The notes under the pieces were generated by a model. It was not told the DNA's origin, ran no database searches, and saw nothing but the letters and a program-made list of their open reading frames with translations. This document shows, piece by piece, positions 52,871 to 64,000 of a stretch of DNA of 64,000 bases (positions are counted from its first letter, which is position 1; every line of letters starts with the position of its first letter). The DNA lies in assembly GCA_002269645.1 (NCBI GenBank), contig NIVC01000942.1:124001-188000 (forward strand), in the 5' to 3' direction. This stretch comes from Macrostomum lignano (Eukaryota). The position numbers were made by a program, and so were the translations under genes.

Positions 52871-53209
52871 GTGTTTTTATTTATACTATACAAGTAAATT
52901 TATTTATTTACTTTATATCTTGCTTCGCTAAGCTGATTACTCTTTGTAAGAACAACAGGCGACAATTTCGTTTGCGTTTTGCGCGTAATTTTAGCAGCTT
53001 GGGTGTTTTTGCTTAGCCTTGAAGAAGTTTGTTATTCCTGTAAGCGGCACTTCTACGGTATTGTCTTTCATTTTCAGTAATAATAGATTCTCTATATATT
53101 AATAAAACTTTTGATAAGTTACTTGATTTTGCATTTACTTTTTTTCTGTTTTGATTGTTGTCACACTTCGCATACACTCGATAGCTGACTTGTTCTTGTT
53201 ACCATTTAG

Positions 53210-53770
53210 TGATGCAGTCACACCCAGCCTCCAGAGATGCAGTCACACCTAGCCTCCAGAGATACAGTCAGACCCAGCCTCCAGTGATGCAGTCACCCCA
53301 GCCTCCAGAGATGCAGTCACACTCAGCCTCCAGTGATGCAGTCATCCCAGCCTCCAGAGATGCAGTCACACCCAGCCTCCAGAGATGCAGTCACACCTAG
53401 CCTCCAGAGATGCAGTCACCCCCAGCCTCCAGAGATGCAGTCACCCCCAGCCTCCAGAGATGCAGTCACCCCAGCCTCCAGAGATGCAGTCACCCCCAGC
53501 CTCCAGTGGTGCAGTCACCCCAGCCTCCAGAGATGCAGTCACACTCAGCCTCCAGTGATGCAGTCACCCCAGCCTCCAGAGATGCAGTCACATCTAGTCT
53601 CCAGTGATGCAGCCACCCCAGCCTCCAGTGATGCAGTCACCCCAGCCTCCAGTGATGCAGTCACCCCAGCCTCCAGTGATGCAGCCACCCCCAGCCTCCA
53701 GTGATGCAGTCACCCCCAGCCTCCAGTGATGCAGTCACCCCCAGCCTCCAGTGATGCAGTCACCCCAGCC
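53210..53770. repeat. 23-24-bp minisatellite just before the THOC7 ATG
   Basis: Unit CAGCCTCCAGWGATGCAGTCACC(C). Confidence 0.95.
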
Positions 53771-53784
53771 TGCAACGATGCACC

Positions 53785-55913
53785 ATGCCACTGCTGGCTG
53801 TCACAGAGGAAGAGGTGATCAAGCGCCGGCTATTGGTGGAAGGCGACTCCGGCCGCGAGGACAAGAAGCTGCAGTACGCTACGCGGCAGCTGGCAGCCTG
53901 GCTGGAGGCCGCCCCCGCCCCGGCCAAAGACGGCCAGACCCTGCAGCAGCTGCTGGTTCACGTGGCCCAACTGGAGGCTGCGATGGGCCGCGCAGCCAGA
54001 GCAGAGGAAGTGAACAGGACCGAGCAGCAGCACTATCGGGCTCTGGGCGACCAGGTTGCCGAGGAGATTCAGGCTGCGGAAGCACGGATTGTGCAGTTGC
54101 AGGTGAGCTTGGGTCTCGTCGGAGAGATCTTTATTCGTGTCTTTCCTTTATTTTTACCACTCTCGGAAGACTGCCCTTAAACACCCCCAGTTGACCCTGT
54201 CCTTAAACACCCTCAATAGACCCTGTCCTTAAACACCCTCAATAGACCCTGTCCTTAAACACCATCCACAGACCCTGTCCTTAAACACCATCCATAGACC
54301 CTGTCCTTAAACACCATCCATAGACCCTGTCCTTAAACACCATCCACAGACCCTGTCCTTAAGCACCATCCACAGACCCTGTCCTTAAACACCATCCACA
54401 GACCCTGTCCTTAAACACCATCCACAGACCCTGTCCTTAAACACCATCCATAGACCCTGTCCTTAAGCACCATCCATAGACCCTGTCCTTAAACACCATC
54501 CATAGACCCTGTCCTTAAACACCATCCATAGACCCTGTCCTTAAACACCATCCACAGACCCTGTCCTTAAACACCATCCATAGACCCTGTCTTTAAACAC
54601 CCTCAATAGACCCTGTCTTTAAACACCCTTAATAGACCCTGTCTTTAAACACCCTCAATAGACCCTGTCCTTAAACACCCTCAATAGACCCTGTCCTTAA
54701 ACACCATCCACAGACCCTGTCCTTAAACACCATCCACAGACCCTGTCCTTAAACACCATCCACAGACCCTGTCCTTAAACACCATCCACAGACCCTGTCC
54801 TTAAACACCATCCATAGACCCTGTCCTTAAACACCATCCATAGACCCTGTCCTTAAACACCATCCATAGACCCTGTCCTTAAACACCATCCACAGACCCT
54901 GTCCTTAAACACCATCCACAGACCCTGTCCTTACACACCATCCATAGACCCTGTCCTTAAACACCATCCATAGACCCTGTCCTTAAACACCATCCACAGA
55001 CCCTGTCCTTAAACACCATCCACAGACCCTGTCCTTAAACACCATCCACAGACCCTGTCCTTAAACACCATCCATAGACCCTGTCCTTAAACACCATCCA
55101 TAGACCCTGTCCTTAAACACCATCAATAGACCCTGTCCTTAAACACCATCCATAGACCCTGTCCTTAAACACCATCCATAGACCCTGTCCTTAAACACCA
55201 TCCATAGACCCTGTCCTTAAACACCATCCACAGACCCTGTCCTTAAACACCATCCACAGACCCTGTCCTTAAACACCATCCACAGACCCTGTCCTTAAAC
55301 ACCATCCACAGACCCTGTCCTTAAACACCATCCACAGACCCTGTCCTTAAACACCATCCATAGACCCTGTCCTTAAACACCATCCATAGACCCTGTCCTT
55401 AAACACCATCCATAGACCCTGTCCTCAATCTCACTGAGTAGTAATTAGCTGCCGAGGCTCCACACATTTGAATCTGTGAACAGCTACTCACGCCGTTTAC
55501 CTCGCACTAAAATTCTTAACTCTCAGTCGGAGCTCGAGACGGCCATGCAGTGCCGCCGCAACCGTCAGGAATACGACACCCAGGCCGGCGTGATTCTCGG
55601 CCACCCCGACCGCGCCTCAAGTGAAGCTCGCCTAGCCGAAATGGGCGCCAGACTAGCCAGTTTGCGCCAGACTGACCGGCGCCTCGGCGCCAGGCTGGAA
55701 GCGCGCCGGCGCCAGTGCCGCCTGTTGGCAGCTGCTCTGCGCGATTTCTCGTCAGCCGCCGCGTTTGAAGAAGACGAAGGCGGCGAATCCGGCGACGCGA
55801 CCGATTTGGAAGTCGAGCCGCCGGACGCGTCAGTCGAACCCGAGGAGGCTGCAGCGAATGATGAAGATAAAGATGTTGTAATGCTGAATAAGCCTTCGGC
55901 GTCTAGCAGCTAG
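53785..55913 (+). CDS. THOC7: THO complex subunit 7, 2 exons, 234 aa
   Basis: Exons 53785-54102 and 55527-55913 (phase 0). Motifs: AVTEEEVIKRRLLVEGD, RRNRQEYD, ILGHPDR, RLEARRRQ; AATAAA at 56105. Confidence 0.93.
54190..55425. repeat. 26-bp minisatellite filling the THOC7 intron
   Basis: Unit GACCCTGTCCTTAAACACCATCCAYA. Confidence 0.97.
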
Positions 55914-56564
55914 CTGTCTTTGGTTTTGAGGCAAACAGCGAAACTTGCAAGACTGAGAAATCATGTCCCTCTCAACTACTTACTTATCCTAGTAGTATAA
56001 ATGCCCATGTTTTCTCTTCTAACCACAATTATTATGACTTACTAGTTTAAACTAATTGCATTTTGGCGTGTTTCATTAACACGTGGCTTGTTATCAATGT
56101 TATCAATAAACATTTGAACAATAATAATATCCTGCTCTGTTGCCATCTTGAGGGTCTCTGTTTTGCTAATTTGCAATAGTTAAGTGTCATCATACATATA
56201 TGATTGTCCAGATGGGGACTCTGTAGCTCTGTAGCATCAGAGGAGACGGGAATTATTGATATTCATAAAGCTTTTTGTTTAGAAAATTAGGATTTTGTGT
56301 TAATTTTTTTATTCTATGTACTGTACAATTGCATATGTCTTGCCTAAAAACACCATTAAAATGGCACAGCTCAGCTCATCGGTTTTATGAATCTAGTTTT
56401 AAACGAAAAGCTTTTTTGAATATCAATAGAGCTATAAGAACGACACAACGTATTAAAATATGAGCATTGGGTCTGCCTCCTATCCAAAGCAATAACATTT
56501 TTTGTGCTGAAAATTTCCATCTCCGTAGTGTATTTTTCGGCGAAAACCAGCCTCAAACATTCCC

Positions 56565-57440
56565 TGTCCTTCTGCTTGAGTAGTCCTTGTTCAAAAGATT
56601 AAAATTAGGTCTTCCTTCTGCTTGAGTAGTCCTTGTTCAAAAGATTAACATTGGGTCTTCCTTCTGCTTGAGTAGTCCTTGATCAAAAGATTAACATTAA
56701 GTCTGCCTTCCTTCTTAGGTCTTCCTTCTGCTTGAGTAGTCCTTGGTCAAAAGATTAACATTAAGTCTGCCTTCCTTCTTAGGTCTTCCTTCTGCTTGAG
56801 TAGTCCTTGGTCAAAAGATTAACATTAAGTCTGCCTTCCTTCTTAGGTCTTCCTTCTGCTTGAGTAGTCCTTGGTCAAAAGATTAACATTAGGTCTTCCT
56901 TCTGCTTGAGTAGTCCTTGGTCAAAAGATTAACATTAGGTCTTCCTTCTGCTTGAGTAGTCCTTGATCAAAAGATTAACATTAGGTCTGCCTTCCTTCTG
57001 CTTGAGTAGTCCTTGGTCAAAAGATTAATATTGGGTCTTCCTTCTGCTTGAGTAGTCCTTGATCAAAAGATTAACATTGGGTCTTCCTTCTGCTTGAGTA
57101 GTCCTTGATCAAAAGATTAACATTGGGTCTTCCTTCTGCTTGAGTAGTCCTTGATCAAAAGATTAACATTAGGTCTTCCTTCTGCTTGAGTAGTCCTTGA
57201 TCGAAAGATTAACATCAGGTCTGCCTTCTTTCTTAGGTTTTCCTTCTGCTTGAGTAGTCCTTGATCGAAAGATTAACATCAGGTCTGCCTTCTTTCTTAG
57301 GTTTTCCTTCTGCTTGAGTAGTCCTTGATCGAAAGATTAACATTAGGTCTGCCTTCTGCTTGAGTAGTCCTTGGTCAAAAGATTAACATCAGGTCTGCCT
57401 TCCTTCTTAGGTCTTCCTTCTGCTTGAGTAGTCCTTGGTC
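56565..57440. repeat. Minisatellite of about 46 bp between THOC7 and ASK
   Basis: Unit TTCTGCTTGAGTAGTCCTTGATCAAAAGATTAACATTGGGTCTTCC. Confidence 0.95.
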
Positions 57441-57577
57441 CGCGTGCGTGCGGCCTGGCCTCGATTTACGTCAGCGCCGCCGCCCCCTTACAAAAAATTA
57501 TCCAGAAATGTCCCACTACTCTACTGCAAGTAGGCTAGAAACGATTTTGACAAGCTAAACTTATTGCAAAATTGCAG

Positions 57578-60500
57578 GCCGCAAGCTTGCACAGCCAGCA
57601 GGCTGCCTCGAGCGGTGGCGCTGCTGCAGCCGCCGCCTCAGCTGCCGGTTCAACATCTGGCGGCTGCGGCTCCGCGTCGCGACTCCGCGTTGTTTGTGTT
57701 GTCGACCAGACCGCGCCTCTGGGAACCGCCGCCCCGGCGTCGCCGTCATTGACGTCAACGGCTCCCCGTCAGAAGGCGTTCGCCGATGTTGAGCGAGCCT
57801 GCAAGCGGTGAGACAACTGAAAAAATTGTCTTGGACTATAGGCTTAGTGTGTGCGAGTCTTGACAGAGGAGGGCGAACTCTAGCCCACAAAGCCTCTCTG
57901 TCCGGCTCTCGGGTTCTTTGAAACTCCACAATAGCTACTCGGCCCGCTCAGGGTCTTTTCTCAGCTCTCCCCTCCTCTCCTCTCCTCTCCTCTCTTTCTC
58001 CTCTTTTCTCCTAGCATTTATCTCTCATCTATTCTCCATTCTCGCCTCTCCTCTCCTTTCTTTTTCATCTCTCTCCTCTATTTCTTCTCCCTTCCTCTCT
58101 AATCTGGCCCGCAGACGCGAGCTAAATTATTTATCTGCCTCTGAGGATAAAAAGTTCGCCTACCCCTGTGATCTAAAAGAATTCTTAGAGGTGTAAGGTT
58201 CATTTTGTTTAAACTTTTGATTCGACAGCTGCTGACAGCTAAATTCTGCAGTCATGGATAAAAAAGCACTGCTAAAATAAACGATGGAACCGCATAATTT
58301 AATAGTTCTATGCTTATTTTATGCTATACTTTGTCAATGGTAATAATTATCGCAGCCATTTCAATTAGAGCCTATTTTAATTTGCCCAGCTGGTCAAATT
58401 TCAAGCCAAATTTGTCGAATTGAAAGTTTTAAAATTTGAATTGTGCATTTTAAACTGTATAGAATAATATTTAGCACTAAGAAAGCATTTCTATTTATGA
58501 AATAAACAAGGCATAGACAATAATAGCTGGTGAAATCTGTTAAAAATGTAGCTCGATTTTTAATTCTGTAATAAAAGGCCTGTTTCGCTTTTAAAACGCT
58601 TTTTTGTCTGAAAATTGTTTGTAGCAAAAATAAAAACCTTAGCACCAATTTAGTGTCCTAGACAAGATTTTAGCACCAATTTAGTGTCCTAGACAAGAGT
58701 TTGGCACCAATTTAGTGTCCTAGACAAGAGTTTGGCACCAATTTAGTGTCCTAGACAAGAGTTTAGCACCAATTTAGTGTCCTAGACAAGAGTTTGGCTC
58801 CAATTAAGTGTCCTAGACAAGATTTTAGCACCAATTTAGTGTCCTAGACAAGAGTTTGGCACCAATTTAGTGTCCTAGACAAGAGTTTAGCTCCAATTTA
58901 GTGTCCTAGACAAGAGTTTAGCACCAATTTAGTGTCCTAGACAAGAGTTTAGCTCCAATTTAGTGTCCTAGACAAGAGTTTGGCACCAATTTAGTGTCCT
59001 AGACAAGAGTTTAGCACCAATTTAGTGTCCTAGACAAGAGTTTGGCACCAATTTAGTGTCCTAGACAAGAGTTTAGCACCAATTTAGTGTCCTAGACAAG
59101 AGTTTAGCACCAATTTAGTGTCCTAGACAAGAGTTTAGCTCCAATGTAGCATCCTAGAGGTATCCTACTTTAGAGTTTTGCGGCGCAAGCAGGCCTACTA
59201 ATGAATTCCCAGAAATTTCAACTTTTACTCCTACAAGATAAGGTTTCAGGCCAGCGCTTTGAGGTCTGATATTATAGTTAGTTAACATTTGGCTGCAATG
59301 AACTATAAATAAAAAAAAATACACTTTAAAGCCAAGGATTGCACTGGACTCATGACACTACTGTTGTACAGTCGTATTCAGTAGTCACAGCTGGTTTTAG
59401 TGTTCTAAATTATAGACATCTGTTGTTGTTTTTTTCAATCGCCATTTACGCATTGTTTTGTTTGTTTTCGCTTGTCCAACGCAAATTTGAGTCCTAATAT
59501 GAGTAAATGCTAGTTGAACAGCTGGGTTGTTTATCGTTGGTTTTGTCAGTACATGCCGATTACCTAATAATTGTCGTTTATTTAACTACGGCTTAGCAAA
59601 TTTGCTCAGTCCTAACATCCGATTGTACTAAGCGCAATCATATGGCTTATAGTTGTTACATTGCGCATCTAACCGTTGCACAGGAGCAAAATATATGCAA
59701 ATTATTAATCATAATCCGCTTTGTTTCCAGTGTTGGCTTAACCTGCATCAGCTTTGGCCACATCATCAACGATGTGGACACTGCAGCTGAGCTGTTCTAC
59801 AGTGCTCATGCCGTTATCGTCATGCTCACCGACTTGGTAATGCAGCTTAGGGATAGGCTTTGGTGTCTGCTGTGGTGTGCGACCCTGCGCTCATGGGAAC
59901 TTGGGAGCTTTGACCTTCATTTGTCCTTGCGGGACCTCTGCTAGCGTGTTAGTCTACATGTCGATGATGAGATTCTAATTGGGTCTAGATGATGAGATTC
60001 TAATTGGGTCTAGATCATGAGATTCTAATTGGGTCTAGATCATGAGATTCTAATTGGGTCTAGATGATGAGATTCTAATTGGGTCTAGATCATGAGATTC
60101 TAATTGGGTCTAGATGATGAGATTCTAATTGGGTCTAGATGATGAGATTCTTATTGGGTCTAGATGATGAGATTCTTATTGGGTCTAGATGATGATATTC
60201 TAATTGGGTCTAGATGATGATATTCTAATTGGGTCTAGATGATGAGATTCTAATTGGGTCTAGATGATGATACTCTAATTGGGTCTAGATGATGAGATTC
60301 TAATTGGGTCTAGATGATGAGATTCTAATTGGGTCTAGATGATGAGATTCTAATTGGGTCTAGATGATGAGATTCTAATTGGGTCTAGATGATGAGATTC
60401 TAATTGGGTCTAGATGATGAGATTCTAATTGGGTCTAGATGATGAGATTCTAATTGGGTCTAGATGATGATATTCTAATTGGGTCTAGATGATGAGATTC

Positions 60501-63500
60501 TAATTGGGTCTAGATGATGAGATTCTAATTGGGTCTAGATGATGAGATTCTAATTGGGTCTAGATGATGAGATTCTAATTGGGTCTAGATAATGAGCAAG
60601 GCTGATCGCACTGCTGCATGTCTTGAAGTCTAATACAAAATGTGTTTATTATTAAAGTTTCTTGTGAGAATAGAGGCTTATGTGTTTGTTTCCAGCTTTT
60701 TTGTTGTTTTAATTTTTTGTTGAAGGCGCAGCGCAAATGATAAATAGAATTTTTTGTTATTGCGTTTCAACCGTTATGGCCAGACGAGTACTTTTAGTTT
60801 TTTACGGGTTTGTGTAAAATAAATATTAAGTATTAGTCCAGTTAAAGTACTCGCTTGTCTCACACTAACTCTTCCAAGTCTTGGCAGTTTGTGTCAGTTT
60901 TATTCCTACTAATCTGGTTAGCTATTACTCGCTATGATCTGCGAGGGAGCTGGCGTTTTTGATAGCTTTTTGAAATCCTAACTCACTTCTAATCCACTCT
61001 AACCCACATCTAATAGTCCCTAATCCACTGCTAGAATGGTCCCTAATCCACTGCTAGAATAGTCCATAATCCACTGCAGAATCGTCCTTAATCCACCTCT
61101 AATAGTCCCTAATCCCCCTCTAATAGTCCCTAATCCACTGCTTGAATGGTCCCTAATCCACTGCTAAAATGGTCCCTAATCCACTGCTAGAATGGTCCCT
61201 AATCCACTGCTAGAATGGTCCCTAATCCACTGCTAGAATGGTCCCTAATCCACTGCTAGAATGGTCCCTAATCCACTGCTAGAATGGTCCCTAATCCACT
61301 GCTAGAATGGTCCCTAATCCACTGCTAGAATACGCTCGTAGTTACATATCTACACACATTAGAACAATATGAGGTGGTTAGTGCGGCTCTGGTGCCTGCA
61401 GTTATTTTATTTGTTTGTTGTGAATCAATGATTTTCTGTTTGGTGTTGTTAATCCCTCAGCAGCAGTTTTATGAGGCTGGTACAAGTGCTGTACTAGTGC
61501 AATCCTGGCGTCAGTAAATTATAAATATTAATTATGCAATCCATATTTTTGCACAGCTCTATTTATCAGAATTTCAATACGATATCGCTCAAAATTGACA
61601 CTTCATTAGCAGCCAAATTTTGCGGAAACTCGGAATCATAAAAAATTATTAATTGATATTTTATTTGCACGGCTAATTCCATTGGTATCTGTTGCTACTG
61701 ACTAGTTCTCAAGCTTGCAACTTGCTCTATGCCTTGGCTTTTACCAATTGCTACTTATCAGTAGTGAGGCCTAGATTATCTCTGCTAGCAATTTAATTGG
61801 AATTTTGATTTTTTATTTATTGCACTAAATTTGCTAACAACAATACAGGTTAGATGTTGAGCTGCATAAGGTCCAGTTCACCCACCTGGACTATGGCACC
61901 ACTACCGCTCTGCACGAGTTTTACAATTCAGAGGTGGCCATAACGGAAATGTCCACCAAGGTTTGTCTTACTGGCGACAGCTGTGAGCAGTCCGCGCGCT
62001 GCCCCCCCTTTTTTATCTGCTCTTGAGACAACCTGTGAACTGGTTCGTTCGTCTTTTGCTTTCTGGGCCAACTGGCGCACGCGGATGGCCCGTTGAAAAC
62101 GCTACCCGTGACAAGGATCGTTTTTAAAGAGTCATTGCAAACAACTCACTGGTGACTCAAGCGAGTTGTAGAACCGTTAAAAAAGTCAAACGAAAAAAAT
62201 CCTCCAAGAGTCGTTGTGTTGGCGCTTAACTTTCTACTAACTCAAGTAGACTATATAGAGTCGTGATAAATGTGAAATTGTACCGCGAAGTCTTGTCGTT
62301 TTTGAGTCGTCTAGAGTCTGGGGCGACGCAAGTGACTCTTGGGACGTTTCTTGGCCTTTGGTACCGTTTTCATCGGGCACAACAGGATAAGGTTGAGGCC
62401 TCGGCTTGCTGTCTCTATGCTTTGTGCTGTGTGTGTGGTGTGTGTTTTTTGTGTTGCGGAAGCAGCAGGGCCTGGAGATGAAGATGAACGAGAGGGATTG
62501 CCGCTATATAACAGCGAGTGTAGCGCCATGCAAATTCATGCAAATCTCAGACCGAGGACTTGCCTTACCAACCCCCACCCCATCGCCATCGCCATTCTCC
62601 ACTTCCTCCTTCGCTCCGTTCCTGAGCAATGCGAGGCTGTGTGTGCGCCTACCAGCCCAGATGATGAGGGGTTTGGCGTCTGACACTCTCAGTTGGCTTA
62701 GCAGCGATAATATAGACAGCGGGCCTATAGCGCATTCTTATCCCTGCCGAGTTATGGGAGTCTGGGCCGCATCGCCCGTCCTAATGGGCGAAATTGGCTG
62801 CATCGTTGCTTTTTCCCATTTCTCTCTCTCTCTTGCTTCCCCCTGTCCTGCTCAAAGCTCCCCCCCCCCAAGGCCAATATTAGTTTTAGTAAATATATGC
62901 TGTTACTTACACAGCCTGCCTACGAATACTTCTATTCAATGGCAACTATACACTGACAGTTCTGACTGATGCACTTGTCATTCGCTAATTTTTTTCATTC
63001 TAAATTATCTGATAATTTTTTTACTTTTAGAAGAAATCCGCTGCTTTTGTCCTGTTTTTCTTGTCATCTTTTTTTAGGCCTCAGTTAAACCTGTTGCTGC
63101 TTGAGCTGGCTTTATTTGTTTTTCCTGTTTAATTGTTCCTAATTTTTATCAACGCGTCCGCAGGTCCAGCAGTACTCAATCCTGTATCACCTGGGCGTTA
63201 GGGAGAGTCTGGGCATGCGGGACAACATTATTCTGGTGCACGACCTGAATAAGGATGAGACCGACTCGCTGCGGGTGAGTGCGGCTTTTGGCCTGAGGAT
63301 TTGGGAGGCTGGCCCAGCAACTGAGGATCTGGGAGGCTGGCCCAGCAACTGGGGATCTGGGAGGCTGGCCCAGCAACTGAGGATCTGGGAAGCTGGCCCA
63401 GCAACTGAGGATCTGGGAGGCTGGCCCAGAAACTGAGGATCTGGGAGACTGGCCCAGCAACTTAGGATCTGGGAGGCTGGCCCAGCAACTGAGGATCTGA

Positions 63501-64000
63501 GAGGCTGGCCCAGCAACTGAGGATCTGGGAGGCTGGCCCAGCAACTGAGGGTCTGGGAGGCTGGCCCAGCAACTGAGGGTCTGGGAGGCTGGCCCAGCAA
63601 CTGAGGGTCTGGGAGGCTGGCCCAGCAACTGAGGGTCTGGGAGGCTGGCCCAGCAACTGAGGGTCTGGGAGGCTGGCCCAGCAACTGAGGGTCTGTGAGC
63701 AGTCTTCTAAAAGCAGCAACCCAGCAGTCAGCCGCAGCCGCAGCCGCTGCCCCTACCCCGCAGAACTCGCTGTCCGCCTCCTACCGGCTGTTCCCCTACC
63801 TGGTGGACGACAGCACGGGCCGATGCGTGGTGCCCGACTCGGCCTGCCACAAGCTGCTGCTGACCAACTGCCACACCGGCCACGACCACGGCACAGACTC
63901 GCTGCTGCTCACCAAGCTCAAGCGAGCACTTCGGGAAGTTGAGTCCACCTCGAAGGCGCAGCTGAAGGAGAAATTTCTAGACGATCTTCAGAAGGCCCGA
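57578..64000 (+). CDS. MAP3K5: ASK1-family MAP kinase kinase kinase (MAP3K5/MAP3K15-like), 5' part; runs off the window
   Basis: Exons 57578-57807 (LRVVCVVD...QKAFADVERACK), alternative exon A 59731-59836 or B 61849-61960, 63164-63274 (ILYHLGVRESLGMRDNIIL) and 63764 to beyond 64000 (YRLFPY...KEKFLDDLQKAR). These are collinear with the ASK1 N-terminal thioredoxin-binding region as I recall it (FYHLGVRESFSMANNIIL; ESILNDIRKAR). The start codon is unresolved, and MAP3K5 vs MAP3K15 cannot be distinguished. Confidence 0.88.
58640..59145. repeat. 31-bp minisatellite, ASK intron
   Basis: Unit AGCACCAATTTAGTGTCCTAGACAAGAGTTT. Confidence 0.95.
59731..59836 (+). CDS. ASK alternative exon A (VGLTCISFGHIINDVDTAAELFYSAHAVIVMLTDL)
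   Basis: Acceptor CGCTTTGTTTCCAG, donor TTG|GTAATG, 106 nt, enters phase 2 and exits phase 0, no stop; aligns with exon B. Confidence 0.75.
59963..60595. repeat. 25-bp minisatellite between ASK exons A and B
   Basis: Unit GATGATGAGATTCTAATTGGGTCTA. Confidence 0.96.
61000..61332. repeat. 23-bp minisatellite between ASK exons A and B
   Basis: Unit CCCTAATCCACTGCTAGAATGGT. Confidence 0.93.
61849..61960 (+). CDS. ASK alternative exon B (LDVELHKVQFTHLDYGTTTALHEFYNSEVAITEMSTK)
   Basis: Branch-like GCTAAC, acceptor TACAG, donor AAG|GTTTGT, 112 nt, phase 2 to phase 0; close to ASK1 LHFGKLDFGETTVLDRFYNADIAVVEMS. Confidence 0.88.
63295..63695 (-). repeat. 28-bp minisatellite of a dispersed family (copy 3, inverted), ASK intron
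   Basis: Unit GCTGGCCCAGCAACTGAGGATCTGGGAG, the reverse complement of the arrays at 9825 and 14380. Confidence 0.93.

Noticed and set aside
51673-53704. 406-aa minus-strand ORF and MQSPQP ORFs
   Set aside because: Minisatellite translations flanking real genes.
59642-59944. Stand-alone small membrane protein ORF
   Set aside because: Only the 59731-59836 core has splice signals and homology; it fits as an ASK alternative exon.
63164-63274. Separate small gene (initially considered LAMTOR5-like)
   Set aside because: YHLGVRES...NIIL is the ASK1 N-terminal motif and is phase-compatible with the neighbouring ASK exons.

Overview
Eukaryotic (metazoan) genomic DNA with GC-rich exons and introns largely filled by mini- and microsatellites. 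The architecture and gene set suggest a free-living flatworm such as Macrostomum; this is inference only. Nine spliced protein-coding genes were rebuilt by hand from GT(GC)-AG boundaries and reading-frame phase. On +: an 8-exon ZnT1/SLC30A1 zinc exporter, a 2-exon neuropeptide F precursor, and a 2-exon protein of unknown function. On -: a GATA1/2/3-class transcription factor and a 9-exon CFAP91. Then a co-oriented + cluster: GTF2H5, NTAN1, THOC7 and the 5' part of an ASK1-family MAP3K that runs off the window. Also present: an internally deleted mariner element, several tRNA-derived SINE-like heads and about 30 tandem arrays. Most long six-frame ORFs are repeat artefacts. Top leads: (1) a pair of homologous, frame-enforced mutually exclusive exons in the ASK N-terminal regulatory domain; (2) an operon-like arrangement of GTF2H5-NTAN1-THOC7-ASK with candidate trans-splice acceptors; (3) an atypical long NPF ending LPRFamide, whose intron carries inverted satellite arms; (4) a one-base frame break in the GATA gene.
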